In this document: piece after piece, positions 1 to 8,730 of the stretch
Layout: each line of letters opens with the position of its first letter
How positions within the stretch are numbered: position 1 is the first letter of the stretch
Assembly (NCBI GenBank): GCA_963664395.2
Contig: OY761159.2
Coordinates: 2,816,001-2,880,000, forward strand
Length of the DNA: 64,000 nucleotides
Direction of reading: 5' to 3'
DNA from: Candidatus Binatia bacterium
GTDB taxonomy: Bacteria; Desulfobacterota; Binatia; Bin18
Position numbers and translations under genes: made by a program
Notes under the pieces: generated by a model
Told to the model about the DNA's origin: nothing
Databases searched by the model: none
The model's input: only the letters and a program-made list of their open reading frames with translations

Positions 1-56
1 GCGGCACCGGACCCCAGCAGCAGCCCTAGCAACACCCACACAGCCATCCGCCCCAT
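1..56 (-). CDS. 5' end of a probable secreted protein running off the window
   Basis: Minus-strand reading MGRMAVWVLLGLLLGSGAA looks like a signal peptide; start position uncertain. Confidence 0.3.
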   Translation of the reverse strand, partial: MGRMAVWVLLGLLLGSGA

Positions 57-316
57 GTTTCCACCAGATACGAAACGCGATGCATAAGATAACTCTTCTC
101 TCCTGCTCCCCATTACTCCTCCTCCACCTGGGTCACGACAAAGTTCTGGCTGTTCTGTTGCCACACCAGCGTCACCGTCTCCCCCACCATCGGAAAGTCC
201 GCCGCCGTACATTCTCCCCCAACGCCACGCAGAAACTCTTCTCCCGTGGATGGTGTAGTCCCCGACCCCTGGAGAAGGGTCCTATACTGCTACAGCAAGG
301 ACGCGGTCCTTGTCCC

Positions 317-330
317 CTATCAGATGATAG
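317..330. promoter_or_regulatory. Palindrome CTATCA-N2-TGATAG, copy 1 (putative operator)
   Basis: ctatca-ga-tgatag just past the LuxR stop codon; a second copy lies at 1660-1673. Confidence 0.45.
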
Positions 331-351
331 AAAAATAACCCTGTCCGGGGG

Positions 352-1488
352 TCAGGCGAACGCGGCGACCGACAGCACCAGCCGCACCAAGTCCACCTGC
401 CCGGCGAGGCCCTGCTTGTGGTAGATTTGATGCAGGTACCACCGGACCGAGCGTTCCGTATACTCCAGTGCCACGGCAATCTCGCGTACGGTCTGGCCTT
501 CCGCCACCCAGGCCGCGATCTGGCTCTCCACCGGTGTCAGCCCCAGGGTCACGGCCACTAGGGCAGGGTCGATGTGGGACACCAGCCCCCGCTCGACCAG
601 CAGCACCTGGGCAGCCACGCGCCCCGCCCCAAAGTCCATCTGCCGGACCCCCACCGGTTTGACGTGCACCACGAACGGTGGCAGCGCGGACGCGCGGTGG
701 AGCCGCATTGACCCACTGACGGCGGGCGCACTGGAGGTCGGCAGTGCGGCGGCGACCAGCCGCTCCAGGCAGGCATGGTCAGCCGGCACGCGGGCGGCCA
801 GCACGCCGCCCCGGTCCATCAGCCCGTCGCCCTGCCGCAGGATGGCACGGGCATGGTCATTGGCCTCTACAATCCGCCCGCTCCGGTCCAAGCAGATGAC
901 CCCGATCCGAGGGGTGTCGAGCAGGGCGGTCATGGACGCGCCCAGTGCTTCGGCTTTGGCCAGCGCCTGCCGGATGCGGACAAATTGTCGGATATGGGGC
1001 AAAAGACGTTCGATCAGCGCGAGCTGCGAGGACGCCCAGCCGTTCGGGGAGACGGGGTCAAGGGGGTGCCAGGCGATGTGGGAGCCGTCCGGCTCGCCCA
1101 GGCGGACATTCAAGCCATCCTGGGCATTCCCCCGGAGAAACGCCTCGTTGTAGGTCGGCGAGGTCCTCAACTCTTGGGGGGTGTACAGGGCGGGGGTGTG
1201 CATCACGCGGCTGTCGGGCAGTTGCCGGAAACGCGGTATGCTTTCGTTGATAGGGTAGTAGACTTCCAGGTACTCGCGCTCCCAGTCCTCGCGGCGCTCC
1301 CCCCGGAAGTAGAGCCCAACGTAGAGGACCCGGCCATCCTCCTCCAGGCTATCACGAATCATCAGGGCATTGCCCACCATGCCGCAGGCATCATCAATCA
1401 GCGCCGAGGTGGCCGGCCATAAGGTATCGTCAAGCATGGCGTCGTATAACGACGCCAGGATCCGCTCAAACGCGTCTTGGTCACTCAT
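352..1488 (-). CDS. LuxR-family HTH transcriptional regulator with PAS-like domain
   Basis: C-terminal LTPVESQIAAWVAEGQTVREIA...VRWYLHQIYHK..GQVDLVRLVL (LuxR HTH); PAS-like GVICLDRSGRIVEAN. Confidence 0.9.
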   Translation of the reverse strand: MSDQDAFERILASLYDAMLDDTLWPATSALIDDACGMVGNALMIRDSLEEDGRVLYVGLYFRGERREDWEREYLEVYYPINESIPRFRQLPDSRVMHTPALYTPQELRTSPTYNEAFLRGNAQDGLNVRLGEPDGSHIAWHPLDPVSPNGWASSQLALIERLLPHIRQFVRIRQALAKAEALGASMTALLDTPRIGVICLDRSGRIVEANDHARAILRQGDGLMDRGGVLAARVPADHACLERLVAAALPTSSAPAVSGSMRLHRASALPPFVVHVKPVGVRQMDFGAGRVAAQVLLVERGLVSHIDPALVAVTLGLTPVESQIAAWVAEGQTVREIAVALEYTERSVRWYLHQIYHKQGLAGQVDLVRLVLSVAAFA

Positions 1489-1639
1489 GCCGGTGCGTCC
1501 TTGTCCGGTTCTTCCAGTGAGGCGCAGTCATGGGATCTGGACAGGAAAAGAAGAGCTGCTCTCGAACGGAGCGCCCCCATATGCCTTCAGCGCTTCACAA
1601 GAGAAGTTCATATACATGCTGTTCGTATGCAGATACCAA

Positions 1640-1755
1640 ATCCTGCGCGCCCCTGTCTCCTATCAAATGATAGAAAAATGATTCCGGCCGGGGGGCAGAC
1701 GAGCACGGCGACCGACCGCACCAGTCGCACCACGTCCCCCTGCCCAGAGAGACCC
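1640..1755 (-). pseudogene. 3' remnant of a LuxR paralog plus its downstream region (diverged copy of ~300-412)
   Basis: GLSGQGDVVRLVRSVAVLV aligns with GLAGQVDLVRLVLSVAAFA; stop TGA changed to TGC; downstream palindrome conserved. Confidence 0.8.
1660..1673. promoter_or_regulatory. Palindrome CTATCA-N2-TGATAG, copy 2
   Basis: ctatca-aa-tgatag about 170 bp upstream of the LuxR start. Confidence 0.45.
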
Positions 1756-1912
1756 GGAGAGCAGGTGCGGGACAGGCGGCCTACCAGCGAGGACGCGCGG
1801 CGGAGCGGACGGGAGCAAGGGGGACAAGGGCGGGCCGGGAGGGAAGCCGAGGGCACCGTGAGGGGGAGCGCGCACGAGCCGGGTCCTGCTCGCCTTTTTC
1901 CGCACTCATTCC

Positions 1913-2080
1913 TCACGTCCAGTAGCCATCGTCCACAAAGCTCACATAGCGACCTTTGCCAATAATAAGATGGTCCAGAATGTGGACGCCCATGACCTCT
2001 CCACCCTCTCTGAGCCGTTGGGTGATCGTGAGGTCTTCCTGGCTCGGCATAGGGTCGCCGCTGGGGTGGTTATGCACCAG
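1913..2080 (-). pseudogene. radC: RadC (JAB/MPN domain) C-terminal remnant
   Basis: Not in ORF track; minus frame reads LVHNHPSGDPMPSQEDLTITQRLREGGEVMGVHILDHLIIGKGRYVSFVDDGYWT* with the RadC HNHPSG and LDH motifs; no N-terminal part. Confidence 0.9.
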
Positions 2081-2422
2081 TCCACACTGCAAGAAATAGA
2101 AGAGATGTACGATCTCGCGGCGGCTGGATACCTATCTCCTGAAGGTGCGAGGACCTTGGTTGGGCAAGCCCTGGAACGCATTCAGAATATCAGGGAAGAC
2201 GCAGAGACTTTGAATGGCTACACTGAAGAATATGTTGAGAAGTTGGGCGGTTTGGAGCGAAGATTAGGCAGCTTCCAGGCGAATGGTAGTCGTCTGCCGT
2301 TTGAAGGTATGGCGGCGTCGGAAGTTGCGACCTATCGAAAAGTCTTCCAAGCTCTGGCAGAGATATCGCCGTCGCCCCGTACTGCAAAGGAATTGATGGA
2401 AGCTGTTCTGGCCCGCATCTAG
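2081..2422 (+). pseudogene. C-terminal fragment of an unknown helical protein
   Basis: The first ~37 codons of ORF 1970..2422 are antisense radC; only the part after ~2080 looks protein-like. Confidence 0.5.
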
Positions 2423-2519
2423 TGCAATTACACAGATTGCGTCCCGTCCTTATCTTGCCGTATTTTGAATACGAGTCGGACGCTGTGGTCGGTGTAAAAT
2501 TTCTCCTAGGACGGGAGCA

Positions 2520-2810
2520 ATGATGAGATCGTATCATTCCTTCCGTTCAACAGTTGAAGTCACCGACATCTCGGGGCATGGGATTTGGCTCGTGACGGGT
2601 GACCGGGAACTGTTTCTGTCCTACGAGGATTTTCCGTGGTTTCGGGACGTACCCATCAGCCAGATAGCCAACGTGGAAGAGCCAACGCCGGGGTATTTCT
2701 ACTGGCCTGGTTTGGATGTGGACCTTGGCTTACAGACGATTGAACGCCCCGAACGATTTCCTTTTAAAGCAGGGAGGATAAATATACGGTGGAACTCCCT
2801 AACTTTGTAG
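2520..2810 (+). CDS. DUF2442-family protein (antitoxin-like), orphan, termini possibly damaged
   Basis: VEVTDISGHGIWL...LFLSYEDFPWF...FYWPGLDVDL...ERPERFP; no DUF4160 partner upstream. Confidence 0.75.
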   Translation: MMRSYHSFRSTVEVTDISGHGIWLVTGDRELFLSYEDFPWFRDVPISQIANVEEPTPGYFYWPGLDVDLGLQTIERPERFPFKAGRINIRWNSLTL

Positions 2811-2820
2811 TCAACTGTCC

Positions 2821-3348
2821 TTGCCAACACTGGGAACCTCCAGAACCCGACCTGGTCTATCAAAGTGTGGGAGTTTTGATGTAGAGGCTTCCAAGTCAGA
2901 ATCGTCCGGTGTCGCATTCGAGGTTAAATACTTAGCCGAAGAGGAGTTGCTTTTTGAAATGGGAGTTGCGGCTGCTGTGTCACCAGATGGGGTGGCCGCG
3001 GGTCATCTGTCTGTTTACTCTCCCATTGATTATTTACTTTTTCGGCTTTTTAAAGCTGCTAAGCAACTTGAACGATCTCCCAACCGAAAAATAGCAGCGG
3101 CAATAATTGAGGACTACGAAGCCTCCTTTCATGTCCCTCTATCGGACTCTTGGATTGATTGGACTCACCCAGAGCTTTTTCTCAGAGACAACATGATAGT
3201 CCCATTCATCAAAGATAGGAAACGAGAGACCCCTAATCTTGAGTCCGAAATTATACGAAGAATCCCAGACCTGGATGAAATTTGGGTTTTTAGTGTCGGG
3301 AACAATTTCGACATTCATCGGAAGCATGTAATCAAGCCGGGAGTATGA
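2821..3348 (+). pseudogene. Hypothetical protein, probably 5'-truncated (possible PD-(D/E)XK-like)
   Basis: AT-richer ORF with TTG start; FDVEA...AFEVK motif; LDEIWVF near the C-terminus. Confidence 0.4.
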
Positions 3349-3459
3349 TTTCCATTTGAAGGTGGCATACCGCTTTGCATTCTACTGTTTACCACTACCT
3401 TTTCATCCTTCTTTAGGACTTGACCCTCCTTCAAGCTTTGGGCATCACGAAACATCCCC

Positions 3460-3567
3460 GTGACCTCCCGCCTGCGCCGGACGCTCAGCCTTGCCCTGCC
3501 CATTGTGGGTGGCATGATCTCCCAGAACATCATGAATTTGGTAGACACGGATTTCGTGTTCCGCTAG
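3460..3567 (+). pseudogene. N-terminal remnant of a MATE efflux transporter
   Basis: Not in ORF track: VTSRLRRTLSLALPIVGGMISQNIMNLVDT, then DFVFR*; typical MATE first helix LALP...NLVDT. Confidence 0.75.
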
Positions 3568-4187
3568 GGGAGACAGGAGGCTCTAAATTATTCCTAGAAG
3601 CACCGGTCTTAACGGGCCGGTGAGGAGTGAAATTCGGAACCGTGGGGGGAGAGTCGTATCTACCTAGCCGAACATCACGCCTCACCGCGGTCCGATGGAT
3701 ACAGCGCGGCGTGGGGGGTAACGCCCGGCCCGGAGCCCCCCTAGCGGGGACCTTCCGTGGGAGTAGTTGGGATTTTGGAGGGTGGGAGGGGTATACCCCC
3801 CCTAGCAGCCAACCGTAAGCCTGTCCGCTGACGCTATGACCCGAAAAAGAAAACCCAACTTCTAAAAAATGCTGAAACAATTTTCACGGGAAAAATTCCG
3901 GGAAAAGTGTCTGGATAGTCTATCCCTCTTGTTTGGAGAGCACGTCTCAGCAGGTCCGAGCTGTTCCCCTCTCTCCTTGCTCGGCATCTGCCAAGCGAGT
4001 GGGCTGGCCACGACCACCCCTTCTTCACCATCTGAACGTCAGGGTCGGGCTCAGACAGTTGTACCAGTCTCAGTATCAATCTCACGCTGGTTGGTAAAAA
4101 CAGATTTGCGCCCAGCCACATCTCTAGCTTCTCGGTCTTAGACGACGAGATGAGAGCCTGGTACCTAGCGTACCGATCCGACATGGT

Positions 4188-4403
4188 GTCCTCTTTGTCG
4201 CGGAGCTTTGCATCGGCACCCCGGTCAAGCAGCAGGGCAGCCACCGCCGGGTTGTCGTTGAACGCAGCCGCCAAACGCAAGGGCGTATCGCCACGATTAT
4301 CTCGCGCCTGGAGGTCAGCACCCCAGTCAAGCAGCAGGGCGACCACCGCCGGGTCAGGAGACTGCGCCGCCCGGTGCAAGAGTGTCACATCGTTCTCGTC
4401 CCG
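4188..4403 (-). pseudogene. Ankyrin-repeat protein fragment (2 repeats)
   Basis: RDENDVTLLHRAA...LLLDWGADLQARDNRGDTPLRLAA...LLLDRGADAKLRDKED. Confidence 0.85.
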
Positions 4404-4453
4404 GCTGCTGCATCTTTCTCCCTCAATACCTTACCTTAAGCCACTAGCAAGCC

Positions 4454-4777
4454 CTTCACCATCTGTTCCTTCTCAGCCTTAATCTTCTCCACGAAAACAG
4501 ACGCTGGTTCATCTTTCGGATCTTGCTCGACAAGTCTCCCCCGAACAGCAAGTTGCAGAATAGTCCGCCGGAGATGTTCAATTGTTTCAGGAGTGTCGTA
4601 CAGCAGATCAAAATTCTCACACATGTGTTGCCAATGTTCGGCGAACTCATCTGGATCACTGGCATTTAGGAGCTTGTCGAGGCTAGCGTTGTTGAGCTTG
4701 ATACGGCTGTCGTTACGCTTCTGCTGTTGGGCTTCCAGCTCATCGCATAACGCCATGAGTTGATCGACTTTGGCGAC
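4454..4777 (-). pseudogene. hsdS: Internal fragment of a type I R-M specificity subunit
   Basis: VAKVDQLMALCDELE...LRRTILQLAVRGRLVEQDPKDEPASVFVEKIKAEKE, the conserved HsdS coiled-coil region. Confidence 0.88.
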
Positions 4778-4796
4778 ACTGCTTAGCCCCACTAGC

Positions 4797-4825
4797 GTCT
4801 TCCCCACGCATGTGGGGGTGAACTG
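4797..4825 (+). CRISPR. Single orphan type I-E-like CRISPR repeat (not an array)
   Basis: GTCTTCCCCACGCATGTGGGGGTGAACTG, 29 nt with CCCCAC/GTGGGG stem; no second copy or cas genes seen. Confidence 0.7.
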
Positions 4826-4852
4826 GGCGTACTCTCGACTGCCATCACCCAG

Positions 4853-4906
4853 TCGGCCGTGCTTTTCTACGACCACGGGCTCGGCGCGAGCGAGGTCGAT
4901 CAGGAG
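4853..4906 (-). pseudogene. Phd/YefM antitoxin fragment
   Basis: LLIDLARAEPVVVEKHGR, the Phd-family core. Confidence 0.6.
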
Positions 4907-5121
4907 TGGCACGGATTGTGAGTGAAGCGGTCCCGTCGGAGAGAATGTGGCAGATTCTACAAGAAAAACCCTCTTTAAGTCATCTTCTTTAGACAAGTTC
5001 ACCGTTCCGTGTCCCGAACGGCTTCAGGCTACCAGGAGCTAACGGCAGTCGGTGGGGTGACTTATTGGTGACTCAGCGTTTTCTTCCCATTTCATCACCC
5101 CACCTAACTACCTGAAAAGAT

Positions 5122-5197
<76 letters not shown>

Positions 5198-5257
5198 GCG
5201 GCAGTTGTTGTGGAGATTCTACCAGTGAGGTGAACTGCGGGGCAAGCCCGATGCCTT

Positions 5258-5869
5258 TCAATCAATCTGTTGCAATACATCTCGCGCGGCTTGAGCAGGG
5301 TCGGTCGCCGCGCTCAGCGCCGAAATCATAGCAATCCCGTGGGCGCCGGTCTCCAATACTTCGGCAACACGGTCAGCCTTGATGCCACCGATGGCAAAAA
5401 CAGGAACCGCACTTTGGGATACAGCCTCCCGTAAGCGGTTGAGCCCCTGTGGCTCGCCATAGGCGGCTTTTGAGGGCGTATAATAGACCGGTCCGAAGAC
5501 GATAAAGTCGGCCTCCCGGGCCGCAGTAATTTCTTGCTGAGAATGGGTTGAAACGCCGATGAGTTTCTCGGTTCCCAAAAGACGGCGTGCGTCTTTCACA
5601 GAGAAAGAGTTGTGTCCGAGATGGACGCCGTCCGCTTCAACGGCGAGGGCGACATCTATGCGGTCGTTAATCAGCAGTTGAGCCTGGTAGCGCATTGTCA
5701 GCGCACGAAGCTGCTCGGCTCGCTCGTACAGCTCGCGTCCTTCGAGATCCTTTTCTCGCACTTGAACGGCCCGTACCCCACCGTCAAGGGCAGCCTGAAC
5801 GACGTCTACGAGTGGCCGGTTGGCGGTTTGTTTGCGGTCGGTGACGAAATACAGGCGGAAGTTGAGCAT
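5258..5869 (-). CDS. thiE: Thiamine-phosphate synthase
   Basis: LYFVTD, VQVREK, INDRIDVALA..ADGVHLG, GPVYYTPSK, AIGGI. Confidence 0.95.
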   Translation of the reverse strand: MLNFRLYFVTDRKQTANRPLVDVVQAALDGGVRAVQVREKDLEGRELYERAEQLRALTMRYQAQLLINDRIDVALAVEADGVHLGHNSFSVKDARRLLGTEKLIGVSTHSQQEITAAREADFIVFGPVYYTPSKAAYGEPQGLNRLREAVSQSAVPVFAIGGIKADRVAEVLETGAHGIAMISALSAATDPAQAARDVLQQID

Positions 5870-5887
5870 CGGTAATACGGTCTGAGA

Positions 5888-5934
5888 AACCCCACCCCGG
5901 CGCTACACGCCACCCCTCCCAAGAGGGGATTTTC
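5888..5934. repeat. REP-like palindromic element (ccccaccccgg...cccctcccaagagggg)
   Basis: Intergenic hairpin; same family as the element split at 15448/18525. Confidence 0.65.
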
Positions 5935-5983
5935 TGAACGGAACGGGCCACCACGGGAACCTGGGTGATTGACCTCTACTGCT

Positions 5984-6766
5984 CTAGGCGATCATTCCGT
6001 CGAGCGGGCTGGAGGCTGTTGCATACAGCTTTTTGCCCATGCGCCCGGCCCGATACGCTTTGCGGCCGGCCTCCACGCCTTGCCGCATGGCATCGGCCAT
6101 CAGAATCGGGTCTTTTGCCGCGGCAATAGCCGTGTTCATCAGCACCGCGTCACAGCCCATTTCCAGGGCAATCGCGGCGTCTGAGGCCGTACCCACTCCG
6201 GCGTCAACGATCACCGGCACGGTACTGTGTTCGAGAATGATACGGATGTTATAGGGATTGCGGATGCCAAGCCCGGAACCAATGGGCGCAGCCAGCGGCA
6301 TGACGGCTGCGCAGCCCATGTCTTCGAGCTTTTGGCATGAAATCGGGTCATCGTGAATATAGGGCAGGACAATAAAGCCATCGTCAACCAGCGTCTTGGC
6401 CGCCTCAAGCGTGCCCGGAATGTCAGGAAAGAGGGTCTTGCTATCTCCAATGACTTCCAGCTTGACCATATTGCCGACTCCAGCCTCGCGGGCCAGTCGG
6501 CAGGTTCGCACCGCGTCTTCGGCGTTATAGCATCCGGCGGTGTTGGGCAGGATGGTGTATTTTTTTGGATCAATGTAGTCGAGCAGATTTTCCTGGTTGG
6601 GGTCAGTAATGTTCACGCGACGGACCGCAACGGTCACAATCTCGGCTCCCGAGGCTTCAATCGCCCGCTTGGTTTCCGTAAAATCCTTATACTTTCCCGT
6701 GCCGACAATAAGCCGGGAGTGGTATTCCTTCCCTGCGAGTATAAATGGATCTATTGGACCTGGCAT
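5984..6766 (-). CDS. thiG: Thiazole synthase
   Basis: [46 protein letters not shown]. Confidence 0.97.
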   Translation of the reverse strand: MPGPIDPFILAGKEYHSRLIVGTGKYKDFTETKRAIEASGAEIVTVAVRRVNITDPNQENLLDYIDPKKYTILPNTAGCYNAEDAVRTCRLAREAGVGNMVKLEVIGDSKTLFPDIPGTLEAAKTLVDDGFIVLPYIHDDPISCQKLEDMGCAAVMPLAAPIGSGLGIRNPYNIRIILEHSTVPVIVDAGVGTASDAAIALEMGCDAVLMNTAIAAAKDPILMADAMRQGVEAGRKAYRAGRMGKKLYATASSPLDGMIA

Positions 6767-6817
6767 GGCATCCTCGCTCTAGCGATCTACTTCCAATCTG
6801 ATTCCGCTCTTATTGCC

Positions 6818-7018
6818 CTAGCCGCCGCCGACAAAGTGCACGATTTCAACCTCATCATCCGGTTTCAGTCCGCAGTTGGCGTACTCGTCGCTCGGGATAA
6901 TATCCCGGTTGACTTCAACCGCAATCCGCTTGTTTCCAAGGCCGAGTTCTTCGACTAAGTCTGCGATAGTTATGCCATCTCGGCACTTCCGCACATCGCC
7001 GTTGAGCCTCAATGTCAT
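6818..7018 (-). CDS. thiS: Sulfur carrier protein
   Basis: IAVEVN...EIVHFVGGG C-terminus; upstream of thiG. Confidence 0.95.
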   Translation of the reverse strand: MTLRLNGDVRKCRDGITIADLVEELGLGNKRIAVEVNRDIIPSDEYANCGLKPDDEVEIVHFVGGG

Positions 7019-7132
7019 TGCGGCCTACCATATGCCCACGGGTTTCCCTTTACAACCCAGGAAGCTTCTGGTATCTCCGTCTGCCTATCCAGATGGAGAC
7101 CGTTCCAACCCGCTATACTCAAGGAGTACGAC

Positions 7133-8728
7133 ATGGCTACCGTCACCCGCGCCCTTATTAGCGTGAGCGACAAACGTGGCATCGTTGACTTGGCTCGCGG
7201 CCTTGCCGAACTTGGTATCGAAATTCTCTCAACCGGCGGCACGGCAAAAGCGCTGACCGAAGCCGGGATTGCAGTCACGCCTGTCGAAGATTTTACCGGC
7301 TTTCCTGAAATGCTCGATGGTCGAGTGAAGACCCTCCACCCAAGAATACACGCCGGGATTCTGCATCGCCGGAGCGACCCTAGCCATCTTCAGGCCCTGG
7401 CCGAGCATGACCTCAAACCCATTGATCTGGTTGTGGTCAACCTCTACCCGTTTGAACAAACGGTTGCCAAGCCGGACTGTCGCTTTGCCGATGCGATTGA
7501 AAATATCGATATTGGCGGGCCGTCTCTGTTGCGCGCTTCAGCCAAGAATCACGCCGACGTTGGCGTCGTCGTTGAGCCGGACGATTATCCGGCCATTCTG
7601 GCTGCGCTCAAAGAGCACGGCGAACTCTCCGCCGGGCAAAAGCTCGACTTGGCCAAAAAAGCGTTTCGATTAACCGCCCGCTACGATGGGGCCATTGCAG
7701 ACTACTTGGGCAGCCTGAATGGACCAGATGGAGAAGAGCGACTGCCTTTTGGCGAAACGCTCCACCTGCACTACATCAAGGCTCAAGATCTCCGGTATGG
7801 AGAAAATCCGCACCAGTCCGCGGCTTTTTATCGCAGCCCGGTCATCCAGGAGTCGTGTATTGCCAACGCCAGGCAGCTCCAGGGCAAGGAGCTGTCGTAT
7901 AACAATATCGTTGATGCCAATGCGGCGTTTGCCCTGCTCCAGGAGTTTGATGAAATTGCGGCGGTTGCCATTAAACATACCAACCCGTGTGGCGTGGCAA
8001 CGTCGGCAGATTCCCTGGCCGACGCCTTTCGTAAGACGCGTGCGTGCGACCCGGTTTCGATTTTTGGCGGCATTGTTGGGTTGAATCGCGCCGTTGATGC
8101 AGCGACCGCGCAAGAAATCCTGAACCTGTACGAGCAGGGCTTTCTTGAGATTCTGATTGCCCCGAGCTATTCAGCCGCTGCCCTGAATATGCTGGCGTCG
8201 TCCAAGCGACTCCAGAACATCCGTTTGCTGGAAATCCCGGAGATCGTCGACGCCCAGCCGGCCCGCTATGAAGCCAAGCCGATTATTGGTGGATTGCTGT
8301 ATCAGGAACGCGATACCGGCCAAGTCAATGTGCAAGACTGCGAGGTCGTGACACAACGTCAGCCGACTGACGCTGAGTACCAAGCCCTGGCCTTTGCCTG
8401 GCGGATATGTAAACACGTCAAGTCCAACGCCATTGTGCTGACCTCAAACGATCAGGTCATTGGCGTGGGCGCCGGCCAGATGAGTCGGGTTGACTCTGCC
8501 AAGATCGCCGTTTCCCGAGCGCAGGACTTGGGATTGGACACACACGGGGCAGTGGTCGGCTCGGATGCGTTTTTCCCTTTTCGTGACGGGCTCGACGTGG
8601 TGGCCCAGGCCGGCGCAACCGCCGCGATTCAGCCCGGCGGCAGCCTGCGCGACAAGGACGTTATCGCTGTCGCGGATGAGCACGGCATGGCCATGCTTGT
8701 CACTGGCATGCGGCATTTTCGGCATTAA
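7133..8728 (+). CDS. purH: Bifunctional AICAR transformylase/IMP cyclohydrolase
   Basis: [45 protein letters not shown]. Confidence 0.98.
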   Translation: MATVTRALISVSDKRGIVDLARGLAELGIEILSTGGTAKALTEAGIAVTPVEDFTGFPEMLDGRVKTLHPRIHAGILHRRSDPSHLQALAEHDLKPIDLVVVNLYPFEQTVAKPDCRFADAIENIDIGGPSLLRASAKNHADVGVVVEPDDYPAILAALKEHGELSAGQKLDLAKKAFRLTARYDGAIADYLGSLNGPDGEERLPFGETLHLHYIKAQDLRYGENPHQSAAFYRSPVIQESCIANARQLQGKELSYNNIVDANAAFALLQEFDEIAAVAIKHTNPCGVATSADSLADAFRKTRACDPVSIFGGIVGLNRAVDAATAQEILNLYEQGFLEILIAPSYSAAALNMLASSKRLQNIRLLEIPEIVDAQPARYEAKPIIGGLLYQERDTGQVNVQDCEVVTQRQPTDAEYQALAFAWRICKHVKSNAIVLTSNDQVIGVGAGQMSRVDSAKIAVSRAQDLGLDTHGAVVGSDAFFPFRDGLDVVAQAGATAAIQPGGSLRDKDVIAVADEHGMAMLVTGMRHFRH

Positions 8729-8730
8729 CG

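Noticed and set aside
1970-2422. 150-aa ORF as a real gene
   Set aside because: Its 5' part is the antisense of the radC remnant; a chimeric frame.
3834-4388. 184-aa ankyrin protein
   Set aside because: Only ~70 aa are ankyrin; the rest runs into unrelated DNA and the upstream RBS+ATG is out of frame.
4436-5002. 188-aa ORF as a novel fusion protein
   Set aside because: Read-through of a Phd piece, a CRISPR repeat (FTPTCVGKT) and an hsdS piece; an accidental open frame.
1-5121. Intact integrative element with an att duplication of tRNA-Thr
   Set aside because: No integrase and no second copy of the tRNA 3' end noticed in the window.
7019-7132. TPP riboswitch upstream of thiSGE
   Set aside because: Short divergent gap; no CUGAGA/ACCUG core seen on the minus strand.
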